DNA from: Obrimoposthia wandeli
Taxonomy: Eukaryota
Assembly: GCA_977020255.1 (NCBI GenBank)
Contig: CDROCS010005781.1
Location: forward strand, 62,001-126,000
Reading direction: 5' to 3'
DNA length: 64,000 bases
A program made the translations under genes and the position numbers. Each line of letters opens with the position of its first letter. The stretch's first letter is position 1. The notes beneath the pieces are model-generated. The model did no database searches, was not told the origin of the DNA, and saw only the letters and a program-made list of their open reading frames with translations. Positions 46,567 through 57,257 of this stretch are shown here, piece by piece.

Positions 46567-47532
46567 CTACTTATTCAATAGATCTAAATACGCACGAGTT
46601 CCTTCTTCTACGGTGGCGAAAGGTTGGTCGTAACCCATATCGCGCAGCTTGGAAATATCCGCTTCGGTAAAGCTCTGATAAGCACCTTTAAGATGCTCAG
46701 GGAACGGCATGTACTCTTTCGTTGCTTTCGTAACGTGAGTGCCTTTCTCGTCGTGCCAATCGATAACCGCATTCGCAACATCGTTAAAGCTCTGACAACG
46801 GCCAGTCCCTAAGTTAAAAATTCCTGACTTATCTGGGTTATCTAAGAACCAAAGATTAACCTTTACGACATCGCCAACGAAAACAAAATCACGACGCTGT
46901 TCACCATCGCCATAACCACCAGAACCGCCAAATAACTTAGCGATACCGTTTTCTTTAACTTGGTTGTTAAAGTGGAACGCAACTGAAGACATGCTGCCTT
47001 TATGCTGTTCGCGTGGGCCGTAAACATTGAAATAACGGAAGCCAACAACCTGAGATTTAAACGTATGCTGAATCTCACGTACGTATTGGTCGAATTGCCA
47101 TTTTGAATAACCATAAACGTTTAATGGCTGTTCGTGTTCACGCTGTTCTTTAAAGACTGAACCTGCGCCATAAACCGATGCGCTAGAGGCGTACAAGAAT
47201 GGAATTTCACGAATGATGCAAGCGTGTAAAAGTGTTTTAGAATATTCGTAGTTATTTTCCATCATGAATTTACCGTCCCACTCTGTGGTAGAGGAGCACG
47301 CGCCTTCATGGAAAATCGCTTCGACGTTATTCAAAATTGGATCGTCGATTTTTACCAGCTGCAAGAAATCATCTTTATCAAGATAATCTGCAATGTCGCA
47401 GTCGCTTAAGTTATAAAACTTTTTACCGTCGGTTAAATCATCCACTACGATAATGTCTTTACGACCTTGTGCGTTTAAAGTCTTAACGATGTTGCTGCCA
47501 ATGAAACCAGCGCCGCCTGTTACGATAATCAT
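46567..47532 (-). CDS. hldD: ADP-L-glycero-D-manno-heptose 6-epimerase
   Basis: [46 protein letters not shown]. Confidence 0.97.
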   Translation of the reverse strand: MIIVTGGAGFIGSNIVKTLNAQGRKDIIVVDDLTDGKKFYNLSDCDIADYLDKDDFLQLVKIDDPILNNVEAIFHEGACSSTTEWDGKFMMENNYEYSKTLLHACIIREIPFLYASSASVYGAGSVFKEQREHEQPLNVYGYSKWQFDQYVREIQHTFKSQVVGFRYFNVYGPREQHKGSMSSVAFHFNNQVKENGIAKLFGGSGGYGDGEQRRDFVFVGDVVKVNLWFLDNPDKSGIFNLGTGRCQSFNDVANAVIDWHDEKGTHVTKATKEYMPFPEHLKGAYQSFTEADISKLRDMGYDQPFATVEEGTRAYLDLLNK

Positions 47533-47553
47533 ATAATTAACTCATCCAATTTT

Positions 47554-48984
47554 TTAAGCTTTCTCAGCTTGAATACGTTTAACGATGGCGCTGGTTGAGC
47601 AGTTGTCTTTAAAGCTCAAAACAATCACCTCACCGCCTGCGTCCATCACGGCTTCGCCGCCTGCAATTTCTTCGATTTTATAATCGCCACCTTTTACTAA
47701 AATACTCGGTAGCACTTTAGTAATTAAGCGCTCCGGCGTATCTTCAGTAAAAGGTACAACCCAATCGACGCTTTCTAATCCAGCCAATACCGCCATGCGG
47801 TGATCGAGTGGATTGATCGGGCGAGTAGGGCCTTTCAATCGTGATACCGATTCGTCGCTATTCACTGCGACCAATAAACGATGGCCTAAGGTCTTCGCTT
47901 CTTTTAAATACTGTACATGGCCAGGATGAATAATGTCGAAACAACCATTGGTCATCACTAGGCTTTCGCCACGCTCTTTGCATTCACGTACCAGCTGCAT
48001 TAATTCATCTTCGTCGAAGAATGCTGCGCCGCCATGTTGCTCGCTACGAATATCACTGCGCAGTTCGTCACTGGTAACGGTTGCTGTACCCAGCTTACCA
48101 ACCACAATGCCTGCGGCAATATTAGCAAATGCCGTTGCGTGTTCTAACGATTGTCCGGCTGCAAGCGCCGTCGCTAAAACAGAAATCACGGTATCGCCTG
48201 CGCCAGTGACGTCGAACACTTCACGAGCGCGAGTTGGCAAGGTTAAAGGTTCTGCATCACGCTGAATTAAGGTCATACCTTTTTCACTGCGTGTCACCAA
48301 CAAGGCCGTAAGGTCATGTTCTTCTAATAACGCTTTGCCTTTTGCCAGTAGCGTTTCGTCGTCTTTGCAATAACCGACAACGGCTTCAAACTCGGCTAGA
48401 TTCGGGGTAATTAATGTCGCGCCACGGTAGATGCTAAAATCAGTGCCTTTAGGATCGACCAATACCGGAGTGCCGACTTTACGAGCGGCTTGAATCAAAC
48501 GCTGTGGGTCGGTTAACGCACCCTTGTTATAGTCGGATAATATAACCGCGCCAGCATTGGCAACCTGTTGGTCAAATTGCTGATAGATCGCACTGAGGTC
48601 AACGTCGTGAAAGGCTTCTTCAAAATCCAAGCGAATCAACTGTTGATTACGACTTAAAATACGCAGCTTGGTAATGGTTGGGCTGGTTTTGTGACGCAAG
48701 AAATCACAGTCAACGCCTTTGGTCTTTAGCATATACTCAAGGTCGTTGGCGTTTTCGTCGTCACCGGTAATGCCGAATAGGTGCGCTTTGGCACCCAAGG
48801 TCGCGATATTTAACGCCACGTTGCCCGCGCCGCCAGCACGGTTTTCAATGTCTTGTACTTTCACCACAGGTACTGGCGCTTCAGGGGATATGCGCGATGT
48901 AGGCCCCTGCCAATAACGATCCAGCATAACATCGCCGAATACTAATACCTGTGCTTGATGGAAGTTTGGAACTTGTAAATCCAT
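47554..48984 (-). CDS. hldE: Bifunctional heptose 7-phosphate kinase / heptose 1-phosphate adenylyltransferase
   Basis: [37 protein letters not shown]. Confidence 0.97.
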   Translation of the reverse strand: MDLQVPNFHQAQVLVFGDVMLDRYWQGPTSRISPEAPVPVVKVQDIENRAGGAGNVALNIATLGAKAHLFGITGDDENANDLEYMLKTKGVDCDFLRHKTSPTITKLRILSRNQQLIRLDFEEAFHDVDLSAIYQQFDQQVANAGAVILSDYNKGALTDPQRLIQAARKVGTPVLVDPKGTDFSIYRGATLITPNLAEFEAVVGYCKDDETLLAKGKALLEEHDLTALLVTRSEKGMTLIQRDAEPLTLPTRAREVFDVTGAGDTVISVLATALAAGQSLEHATAFANIAAGIVVGKLGTATVTSDELRSDIRSEQHGGAAFFDEDELMQLVRECKERGESLVMTNGCFDIIHPGHVQYLKEAKTLGHRLLVAVNSDESVSRLKGPTRPINPLDHRMAVLAGLESVDWVVPFTEDTPERLITKVLPSILVKGGDYKIEEIAGGEAVMDAGGEVIVLSFKDNCSTSAIVKRIQAEKA

Positions 48985-49130
48985 CTTGATCCGCCACGTA
49001 AATTAAAGAAGACTCAGTCTAACAAAACTAGTCAGAAGGAACTAGCAGGCAAGCTATATAAGCTGGGAGGGTTTTGTTAATATGTGATGTTAGTTTATTC
49101 CAGCTGTCTTAATGTATTTGGAGATCACGA

Positions 49131-50426
49131 GTGGCGCGTTTTTTATATAACTTCGTTTTTACTTTAGCCATTCCTGTTATTTTGCTTCGTATGTGGCTGC
49201 GTGGCAGTGCCAACCCCGGTTATCGCAAGCGCTGGGCAGAACGCTTTGCGGTGTTTACCTTTAAGGGTAAAGCCCATGGTTTATTGATTCATTCGGTGTC
49301 AGTGGGGGAGACCTTAGCTGCCGAGCCGTTAGTACGCAGTTTACAAAACGCTAATCCTGATTTAACCCTAACGATTACCACCACAACCCCGACCGGTTCT
49401 GACCAAGTACTGCGTTTGTACGCGGACGATTTAGCGACAGGGCGTATTGTTCATCTGTATTTACCCTATGATCTGCCGTGGTTGATGAATCGTTTTTTGA
49501 AGAAAATTCAGCCCAGTATTTGCATCATTATGGAAACGGAGCTGTGGCCGAACATTATTCGCAGTTGTAATAAGCAGCAAGTACCAGTGATTTTGGCAAA
49601 TGCTCGCTTGTCTGAAAAATCAGCTCGCGGTTATGCCAAGTTCCCTAAGCTGACATACCCTATGTTGCAGGGATTGGATTTGGTGGCGGCGCAGCATCGC
49701 AATGATGCAGAACGTTTTATAGCGCTTGGCATTGATGATAGAAAAGTCGATGTGACGGGCAGTATTAAATTTGATATCAGCGTACCCGAGCAGGCATTAG
49801 CTCAAGGTGAGGCGCTTAAAATATTGTGGGGCGAGACCCGACCTGTCATGGTTTTGGCCAGTAGTCATGAGGGGGAAGATGATCTTATATTGGCAAGTTA
49901 TCAACAGCTATTGGCTGACTTTCCAGATTTATTATTAACCATAGTGCCACGCCATCCTGAGCGTTTTGATGAAGTAGCGGCTTTGGTTTTAGATCGTGGT
50001 TTGCACTTGGTAAGACGCAGTGAGTCGTTTGACAAAGGCAACTTACAGCCTAGTAGGATGACCCAAGTTTATTTGGCCGATACCATGGGTGAGATGCTGT
50101 TATTACTCGCCAGTGCGGATATCGCCATTATTGGCGGCAGTTTTATTGAGCACGGCGGCCATAATCCGCTGGAAGCGTGCGCGTTATCCAAGGCCGTAGT
50201 AATGGGGCCTAGTGATTACAATTTCGCTGCCATCTCGCAGCAATTGATTAGCCAAGGCGCGATGCAGCAAGCTTCGGCTGAGAAGTTAACCATCTGTTTA
50301 CGACAGCTACTAGAGCGCCCTGAATTGCGGGCTGACATGGGAAAAAATGGCCAGCGAGTCGTTGCGGATAACCAAGGTGCTGTGGCGCGCTTAACTGAAT
50401 TAGTGGGCGTGCAGCTTCATCAGTAG
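49131..50426 (+). CDS. waaA: Kdo transferase
   Basis: HSVSVGE, YLPYD, IMETELWPN, NARLS, LADTMGEM, GGHNPLE. Confidence 0.96.
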   Translation: MARFLYNFVFTLAIPVILLRMWLRGSANPGYRKRWAERFAVFTFKGKAHGLLIHSVSVGETLAAEPLVRSLQNANPDLTLTITTTTPTGSDQVLRLYADDLATGRIVHLYLPYDLPWLMNRFLKKIQPSICIIMETELWPNIIRSCNKQQVPVILANARLSEKSARGYAKFPKLTYPMLQGLDLVAAQHRNDAERFIALGIDDRKVDVTGSIKFDISVPEQALAQGEALKILWGETRPVMVLASSHEGEDDLILASYQQLLADFPDLLLTIVPRHPERFDEVAALVLDRGLHLVRRSESFDKGNLQPSRMTQVYLADTMGEMLLLLASADIAIIGGSFIEHGGHNPLEACALSKAVVMGPSDYNFAAISQQLISQGAMQQASAEKLTICLRQLLERPELRADMGKNGQRVVADNQGAVARLTELVGVQLHQ

Positions 50427-50486
50427 CGTTTAATGCTTGGTTGTTAACTTTTAGGCACTAATCTATTTACTTTCTGTTAATAGACT

Positions 50487-50530
50487 CTCCTATAATTTCA
50501 GCGTACATTCGTATGCTGAAATTATAGGAG
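50487..50530. promoter_or_regulatory. 44-bp palindrome with a FabR/DesT-like operator core, overlapping a TATAAT -10 and the RBS
   Basis: CTCCTATAATTTCAGCGTAC-ATTC-GTATGCTGAAATTATAGGAG, with core AGCGTACATTCGTATGCT at 50500-50517. Confidence 0.8.
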
Positions 50531-50536
50531 TCCATC

Positions 50537-51730
50537 ATGAACTCATTAACACAACAAGGCTGGACTTGGTTTAGCCAAGCATTAACCCAGCACAGCTCAT
50601 TTTCTGGCTACTTCCAGCCATTGATTCAGATGATCGTTCCTCAATGGACAACAGACGCTTATCGCGCCCAAATTGTAGCAATACGCGATGAAATGGCCGA
50701 CATGTATACCTTAGTGCTAAAGCCTAAAACCGGATTAATCGATCGTAACTGGCCTGGATTTCAAGCGGGTCAGTTTATTGAACTCATGATTGAGAAAGAA
50801 GGCCGCCGCACATTACGCTGCTTCAGTATTTCATCATCTCCTGCTTATTATAAAAAAACAGGCTTGATTGAACTAAGCATTCGTATTCAGCAGCAAGGCC
50901 GTATCACGCCCTGGATTCGGGAGTATATGAGCGTAGGAAGCTTGATTAATATTTCTGCTGCTCAGGGTGACTTTGTTTTGCCTGAAACGGTTTTGTCTAA
51001 GGCCATTTTTCCTAATGCCGTTATATCTAAGGCGGCTTTATCTGATGCGGTGACGGATAACACAGGTGCAGAAAAGTATCTGTTTATTGCTGGCGGTAGT
51101 GGCATCACTCCATTTCGCTCTATGTTGCAGCAACAAGCCCTGAATAAACCATCACCTGAACTTGATATCCATCTGCTGTATTACTCACGTAATAGTCAGC
51201 ACATTGTTTTTCAGCAAGAGCTAGAACAGCTACAGCAAGACTACCCAAGTATTACGGTAACGTTTGTTGATGGCGAAAAAGACGGTTTTATTTGTAGCCA
51301 GCATTTGCAAAATTATTGCCCCGATCATCGTCAGCGTACTAGCTATATTTGTGGTCCAAGCCCGATGATTCAGCAAGCACGAAAAGTATTAGCTGCATTG
51401 GATGTTGCCAGCGATAGAATACATTTTGAATTTTTTGGTGCTGCGCCGATCGAAATGGAGAATAACGAACAGGCTGTTGTGCATTTTCAAGCATCTGAAA
51501 AAGTTGTGATTAGCGAAAAAGATAAAACCGCTACGTTATTAGAGCAAGCAGAAGCCCAAGGTTTAACCCCTGTTTCGGGTTGTCGTATTGGTGTTTGCCA
51601 TCAGTGTATTTGCAAAAAGAAAAGTGGCGTTGTTTTTAATACTCGCACGCAACAATATTCAGATACTGGCAGCGAAGAAATTCAGCTGTGTATCTCCGTC
51701 GCCCAAGGCGATGTTGTTCTCGATCTTTAA
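50537..51730 (+). CDS. Ferredoxin-NAD(P)H reductase partner of the desaturase (FAD/NAD-binding plus 2Fe-2S)
   Basis: RCFSISS, IAGGSGITPF, YICGP, GCRIGVCHQC. Confidence 0.9.
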   Translation: MNSLTQQGWTWFSQALTQHSSFSGYFQPLIQMIVPQWTTDAYRAQIVAIRDEMADMYTLVLKPKTGLIDRNWPGFQAGQFIELMIEKEGRRTLRCFSISSSPAYYKKTGLIELSIRIQQQGRITPWIREYMSVGSLINISAAQGDFVLPETVLSKAIFPNAVISKAALSDAVTDNTGAEKYLFIAGGSGITPFRSMLQQQALNKPSPELDIHLLYYSRNSQHIVFQQELEQLQQDYPSITVTFVDGEKDGFICSQHLQNYCPDHRQRTSYICGPSPMIQQARKVLAALDVASDRIHFEFFGAAPIEMENNEQAVVHFQASEKVVISEKDKTATLLEQAEAQGLTPVSGCRIGVCHQCICKKKSGVVFNTRTQQYSDTGSEEIQLCISVAQGDVVLDL

Positions 51731-51751
51731 CCGACGATAAGGAAACATATT

Positions 51752-52879
51752 ATGACTACTAATCTCGCCAGTAATCGTCCGGATGCCGAATCATTAAAAG
51801 CATTTGAAAACGATCTGAACAACATTCGTGAAGCAACCATGGCAAAGATTGGGCAGAAGGATGCCCGCTACATTCGAAACGTAATCCGTATTCAACGCAG
51901 TAGCGATATCTTTGGCCGTTTAGGGCTTGTGTTAGGTTTTTTTAATCCATTATTCTGGGTTGCTGGGGTTGTGTTATTAGCCCTGTCGAAAATTCTAGAT
52001 AACATGGAGATTGGCCATAACATCATGCACGGCCAATATGATTGGATGAACGATCCACATATTAATTCGCGCAAGTTTGATTGGGATATTTGGGGAAGTG
52101 GTGAATCTTGGAAGCGTTATCACAATCATGAGCATCACACGTATACCAACATCATCGGCAAAGATCGTGACTATGGTTATGGCTTATTACGCTTAAGTGA
52201 TGATATTAGTTGGCGTCCGAAAAACCGTTTTCAGTTTATTACCTATACGTTATTAAGCAGCTTCTTTCAGTTTGGTATTGCGTATCATGAAGTGGCGGGT
52301 GAGCGAATTTTTGCCGGTAAGCGTAAAGAAGAATCGAGCTTGCCTATTAGTCGTGAAGCATTAAAACATTCTTTTTTTGCTAAGATTAAAAAACAGGTTT
52401 TTAAAGAGTACTTATTCTTTCCATTACTAGCGGCTTTAATTTCATGGCCGATGTTTTTTGCGGTATTGGCTGGGAATATGATCGCGGAGTTTATTCGTAA
52501 CTGGTGGACAGCCAGTGTGATATTTTGTGGACACTTTACTGAAGATGCGCAAACCTTTGATGAGAAAGAGTGTGAAAATGAAACTCGTGGTGAGTGGTAT
52601 TATCGCCAGATTTTAGGTTCGTCTAATTTTTCAGGCAGTCGTGCTTTTCATATTTTAACCGGACACTTAAGTTGTCAGATTGAACACCACCTGTATCCCG
52701 ATGTACCTGCATATCATTACGTTGAAATGTCAAAGCAGGTTCAGGCCGTCTGTAAAAAATACAATATCCCTTACAATACAGGGTCATTTGTCCAGCAGTA
52801 TTGGACGGTTGTTAAACGTGTTGCCAAATACTCTTTCCCTACCAAAGAAGAACAGAGACTGGCGACAAGTTCGCAATAG
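51752..52879 (+). CDS. Membrane acyl-CoA desaturase (DesB/DesA3-like)
   Basis: His boxes HNIMH, HNHEHH, QIEHH. Confidence 0.92.
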   Translation: MTTNLASNRPDAESLKAFENDLNNIREATMAKIGQKDARYIRNVIRIQRSSDIFGRLGLVLGFFNPLFWVAGVVLLALSKILDNMEIGHNIMHGQYDWMNDPHINSRKFDWDIWGSGESWKRYHNHEHHTYTNIIGKDRDYGYGLLRLSDDISWRPKNRFQFITYTLLSSFFQFGIAYHEVAGERIFAGKRKEESSLPISREALKHSFFAKIKKQVFKEYLFFPLLAALISWPMFFAVLAGNMIAEFIRNWWTASVIFCGHFTEDAQTFDEKECENETRGEWYYRQILGSSNFSGSRAFHILTGHLSCQIEHHLYPDVPAYHYVEMSKQVQAVCKKYNIPYNTGSFVQQYWTVVKRVAKYSFPTKEEQRLATSSQ

Positions 52880-52918
52880 CAATATGAATAATAAGTCGCA
52901 AGACATTAATAAGTAACA

Positions 52919-52960
52919 GACATAAAAAAACCACTCAATGTGAAGTGGTTTTTTTATGTC
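52919..52960. terminator. Bidirectional terminator between the desaturase and tolC
   Basis: GACATAAAAAAACCACT-8 nt-AGTGGTTTTTTTATGTC. Confidence 0.9.
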
Positions 52961-52983
52961 TAGCATTTAACGAAATAGAAAAC

Positions 52984-54279
52984 CTACTTCAACCAAGCAT
53001 TCAATGCTTGAATATCCGTCTCACCTAATGAACCGGCAAAGAACTTCAAGTTTAATAAATCAATAATGTAATCATAACGGGCATTGGCATAATCACGCTG
53101 GGCGCTGAATAAGTTACGCTGTGCATTTAATACTTCAACAATGTTACGAGTACCCACTTGGTAGCCTGTTTCCGTTGCTTCTAAAGCGCTCTGCGATGAT
53201 ACCGTTGCACGCTGACGGGCTTTAACCGTTAATACATCGGTTTGTACTTTGCGGTATAAGCTGCGGATATTGTTTTTAACCGTACGCTGTTGCAAGTCTA
53301 GGTTAGCACTGGCTTCAGTTGAGCGCGCTGCGGCTTGTTTTGCTTTGGCATAATTACTACCGCCAGCAAATAAAGGAATAGTTGCAGAGAATGCCAATGT
53401 GGTTGTCGTTGAATCAGCCACCATTCCGTTGCTGACGCTCTCGCCATCGGTATAGCTCCATTGAGCATTAATTTGTGGCGCGTAGTTAGACCAGCCAGCT
53501 TTACGTGTATATTCCGCCGCGGTAACACCTTGGTGTGCTAGCTGAATACCTGCGTACTTGCCTAGGCCTGCTTCAACCCATTCATTGGCGGCTTTTTTGG
53601 GTGCAGAAAATTCTACATTAGTTTTCAGTTGAGCAAGATTTTCAAAGCGCTGGCCTGTGATTTGCTCTAAGGCTTCGTAGCTAATATCCAACGCGGCTTC
53701 TTGGCCGATCAAATTGGCATACGATAAATCGTAAGACGCTTCTGCTTCATGTACTTCGGTAATGGCAATTAGACCCACTTCGAAACGTTGCTGAGTTTGT
53801 TCAAGCTGACGTTTTACGGCCTTTTCTTCAGCGCGTGCAGTGTCTAAATTTTCTTTAGCGCGTAGCACGTTGAAATAGGCTTCAGCACTGCGTAAAATTA
53901 ATTGTTGTTCACTTAACACATACTCTAATTCGGAAGCATCACCGCCAGCAGAAGCAGCTTGGTAGTTATACCAGCTGTTTAAGTTGAATAGCGTCTGACT
54001 AATCGTTGCGTTATACGAAAACGTATCAAAGTCAGATGAACCGGCATCGCTTTCTACTTCAGAAGTCGCTTGGTTAGCGCCTAGGCTAACTTGCGGTAAA
54101 AGTGCAGCGCGTGCTAAATCAACTTGATAGTTACCCGCGTCACGCTTTGCTTTAGCTGCAGCCAGCTCAGCATCGTTGGTTAGCGATAGCTGATAAATTT
54201 CGTTAAGGTCTGCTGCCATAATATTACTGGCAAAAAAAGCAGAGGATAGTACCGATGTTAGTGCAATAATTTTTTTCAT
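52984..54279 (-). CDS. tolC: TolC family outer membrane channel
   Basis: Signal peptide, ARAALLPQ, RFEVGLIAITEVHEA, GYQVGTRNIVEVLNAQ. Confidence 0.95.
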   Translation of the reverse strand: MKKIIALTSVLSSAFFASNIMAADLNEIYQLSLTNDAELAAAKAKRDAGNYQVDLARAALLPQVSLGANQATSEVESDAGSSDFDTFSYNATISQTLFNLNSWYNYQAASAGGDASELEYVLSEQQLILRSAEAYFNVLRAKENLDTARAEEKAVKRQLEQTQQRFEVGLIAITEVHEAEASYDLSYANLIGQEAALDISYEALEQITGQRFENLAQLKTNVEFSAPKKAANEWVEAGLGKYAGIQLAHQGVTAAEYTRKAGWSNYAPQINAQWSYTDGESVSNGMVADSTTTTLAFSATIPLFAGGSNYAKAKQAAARSTEASANLDLQQRTVKNNIRSLYRKVQTDVLTVKARQRATVSSQSALEATETGYQVGTRNIVEVLNAQRNLFSAQRDYANARYDYIIDLLNLKFFAGSLGETDIQALNAWLK

Positions 54280-54439
54280 AACAAGGTCTCAAGCGGCTTG
54301 TAAAAACAGATTGACCAGAATTTTAACAGATTAATCAGCTAATACATGGCTAAATTGTACCAGTATCAGCAACAGTGCGTTACAGGGAGTCAATCTTGTA
54401 ATTGTATAATATTCCAAATGAGTAATATAGTGAATCACA

Positions 54440-55063
54440 ATGTCAGAATTAAGCGTCAGTTTTAGTCAGGGCGATTACAAAATTATAGCCAAAGAATCGT
54501 TATATCGCGGTTTTTTTAAGATGAGCCGTTTTGACATTCAGCATCGGCTATTTGCGGGTAGCAGTACAGAAACGTTTAGCCGTGAGTTATTTGAGCGTGG
54601 AGAGGCCGCAGCAGTATTGCTGTATGACCCAATGGCAAAGGTTGTGGTGCTCACTGAGCAGTTTCGCATTGGTGCGGCTCTGGATGATACCGGCACTTCG
54701 CCTTGGTTATTAGAAGTAGTTGCAGGCATTGTAGAAGAAGGTGAGCAGGCTGAAGAGGTTGCCCGTCGTGAAGCACAAGAAGAAGCCGATTGCATTGTTC
54801 AGGATCTAATCCCAATTTCCAGTTATTGGTCATCGCCGGGTGGCTGTTCAGAAAAAATACATTTGTATTGTGCTTTGATTGATAGCGCAGGCATGGGCGG
54901 CATACACGGCCTTGAGCATGAGCAGGAAGATATTTTGGTGCGTATCATTCCATTTGATCAGGCGTATAACGGCATTGCCAGTGGTGAAATCAATAATGCG
55001 GCGACGATTATTGCGTTGCAGTGGCTTAAGTTAAATGAGCACTCGTTAAATCAGCCTCGTTAA
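54440..55063 (+). CDS. nudF: ADP-ribose pyrophosphatase (Nudix)
   Basis: RELFERG, Nudix box AGIVEEGEQAEEVARREAQEEA, GGIHGLEHEQEDI. Confidence 0.93.
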   Translation: MSELSVSFSQGDYKIIAKESLYRGFFKMSRFDIQHRLFAGSSTETFSRELFERGEAAAVLLYDPMAKVVVLTEQFRIGAALDDTGTSPWLLEVVAGIVEEGEQAEEVARREAQEEADCIVQDLIPISSYWSSPGGCSEKIHLYCALIDSAGMGGIHGLEHEQEDILVRIIPFDQAYNGIASGEINNAATIIALQWLKLNEHSLNQPR

Positions 55064-55200
55064 AGCAAGAAAAGTAAAACGATATAGCCAGAAAGACGGA
55101 TTAGCTTTGTTGTTAAATCATATAAGTCTTTCCTCTAGGCAATATGGATACTTTTCGTTAGGGTGGCGATTGATATGATAAAAAATAGAAGGATGAAGGT

Positions 55201-55674
55201 ATGGCATTAAATCGCCGTTATGTGCCGGACTTAAAAAAAATGGCTGCGGCCTGCGAAGGAAACTACATTCGCTTAAACAAGCTAATGCCTGATTTTGAGA
55301 TGGGTTATGAAAAATCCTTCTTTATTAGTGGCGATGTGGCTAATGAGAGTCCTGAGCGCCAAGCGCGAATACATTTAAAAGTGATTGAAAGCTTTCCTTA
55401 TACTTCGACGATAGAAGTGGTGCAAAAGGGCCTTTGCCCTGGCTGGATTCAGCCACCTTGTATGATTGTGCGTATCTATCACGATGCGCGTTCGGCGGAA
55501 GTGACCAGTTATCAGAATGAAAAGCGCATTCAGGGCAAGTATCAATATCCTAATCCGCAAATGCGTATGCCGGATGAAAAGGCGCAACTTAATCAATTCT
55601 TAGCCGAATGGCTTACTCATTGCCTCAAATATGGTCATGCAGAAGTCGCATTAGATTTTGCACCCTTGCGTTAA
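55201..55674 (+). CDS. yqiB: DUF1249 family protein (YqiB)
   Basis: CEGNYIRLNKL, VRIYHDARSAEV, PDEKAQLNQFLAEWL. Confidence 0.9.
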   Translation: MALNRRYVPDLKKMAAACEGNYIRLNKLMPDFEMGYEKSFFISGDVANESPERQARIHLKVIESFPYTSTIEVVQKGLCPGWIQPPCMIVRIYHDARSAEVTSYQNEKRIQGKYQYPNPQMRMPDEKAQLNQFLAEWLTHCLKYGHAEVALDFAPLR

Positions 55675-55766
55675 TCGTTCTAGAATTGAATAGAATGTGA
55701 TCTAATTCTTATTAAATTAGAAAAATGGTCTATATAGTAAGAGGCTAGTTTAAAAAGTATTAACAC

Positions 55767-56591
55767 TTGGACATGGAGCTCCTATTGTATTCGCTAGATA
55801 ATGAAGGACCAATTCAGTTTATTCAGATAACGGATACGCATCTAGTTGAGGCTGTGGACGGCCACCTGCTGGGTTTAGAAACCCAAAATAGCCTTGAGCA
55901 TGTGTTGAGAAGTGTTAAGTCTGAGAATGATCACTTTGATTTTTTTGTCATGTCGGGGGATTTATCTCAAGACGGCTCGCTTGCTTCCTATCAGCGACTG
56001 CATGAATCATTAGTACCTTTCAATGTGCCATCATTCTGGTTTCCCGGAAATCACGATGAAATGTCGAATATGAAGGTTGTCTGCCAAGATACTGAACATC
56101 TAGAAAACATAATTCGTAGCAAACACTGGCAATTAGTGCTGTTGAACTCTCAAGTTGAAGGTGCCGTATTTGGCAATTTAGCGGATGATCAGTTCGAACT
56201 GCTGGAGCGCGCTTTAACAGAACGTCCCGATTTACATACCTTGATTAGTCTGCATCATCATCCTATTCCAATGGAAAGTGGCTGGATGGATAAAATAGGG
56301 GTGAAAAATGGCGAAAAGCTTATGGCGATGGCGCGTAAATACCCTAAGGTGAAATGCATATTATGGGGACACGTTCATCAAGATAGCGATCGCATGGTTG
56401 ACGGCATTCGGATGTTATCCACACCGTCAACGTGTGTGCAGTTTACGCCAAAATCTAAAGACTTTAATATTGATATGCTCGCCCCCGGTTATCGTCGTCT
56501 ACAGCTTAATCCTGATGGCACGATTGAAACAGAGATGTCGCGGGTAGAAGGCATTAAGTTTGAAATCGATTTATCCGTTAAAGGGTATTAA
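55767..56591 (+). CDS. cpdA: 3',5'-cyclic AMP phosphodiesterase
   Basis: ITDTHL, SGDLSQDG, PGNHD, HHHP, WGHVHQ. Confidence 0.94.
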   Translation: MDMELLLYSLDNEGPIQFIQITDTHLVEAVDGHLLGLETQNSLEHVLRSVKSENDHFDFFVMSGDLSQDGSLASYQRLHESLVPFNVPSFWFPGNHDEMSNMKVVCQDTEHLENIIRSKHWQLVLLNSQVEGAVFGNLADDQFELLERALTERPDLHTLISLHHHPIPMESGWMDKIGVKNGEKLMAMARKYPKVKCILWGHVHQDSDRMVDGIRMLSTPSTCVQFTPKSKDFNIDMLAPGYRRLQLNPDGTIETEMSRVEGIKFEIDLSVKGY

Positions 56592-56657
56592 GCAAAGTTA
56601 GACAAAAGTTAAATAATAGTTAAACAAAAGTTAACCAGGTTATAACCTCCCATTATC

Positions 56658-57257
56658 ATGATTCTTCCTAGTAATATCGCCTGTGTTTATTTACACGGGT
56701 TCTTAAGCTCTCCAAAATCTAAAAAAGCCCAAGAATTAATCCACTTCTTTGCCGACCATCACATGCAAGGCCAGCTATGCGTACCGACCTTGTCGTTTGA
56801 GCCAGCAGAGGCCATTCAGCAAGCTCAAGAGGCTATTCATACGCTGCAACAGCAAGATGGTATTGATCAAGTATTTGTTATGGGAAGTTCATTGGGTGGT
56901 TTTTATGCCACCTACCTCGCACAGCAAGAAAATATAAAAGCGGTACTGATTAACCCTGCGGTTCGTCCTTATGAGCTGTTTGAACAATACCTTGGCCCGA
57001 ATAAACACTTTTATGACGGCAATACATATATGTTAGAGCTGAAACATATTGAGCAATTACAAGCGATGAATATTGAGAATCTGGCTACGCCTAGCGATTA
57101 TCTTTTATTGCTGCAAACAGGGGATGAAACCTTGGATTATCGATGGGCAATCAAAAAGTATATCAATTGCCCCAGCTGGATCGAACCTGGCGGTAACCAC
57201 AGCTATGAAGGCTTTATGGAAAGGTTAGCGTCTATCTTCTATTTTGTTCAGCGCTAA
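56658..57257 (+). CDS. yqiA: YqiA/YcfP alpha/beta hydrolase
   Basis: YLHGFLSSP, GSSLGG, INPAV, QTGDETLDY, GGNH. Confidence 0.92.
   Translation: MILPSNIACVYLHGFLSSPKSKKAQELIHFFADHHMQGQLCVPTLSFEPAEAIQQAQEAIHTLQQQDGIDQVFVMGSSLGGFYATYLAQQENIKAVLINPAVRPYELFEQYLGPNKHFYDGNTYMLELKHIEQLQAMNIENLATPSDYLLLLQTGDETLDYRWAIKKYINCPSWIEPGGNHSYEGFMERLASIFYFVQR

Noticed and set aside
54280-54439. TPP riboswitch near tolC, as in some pseudomonads where thiC is adjacent
   Set aside because: No thiC gene and no TPP aptamer motif seen.
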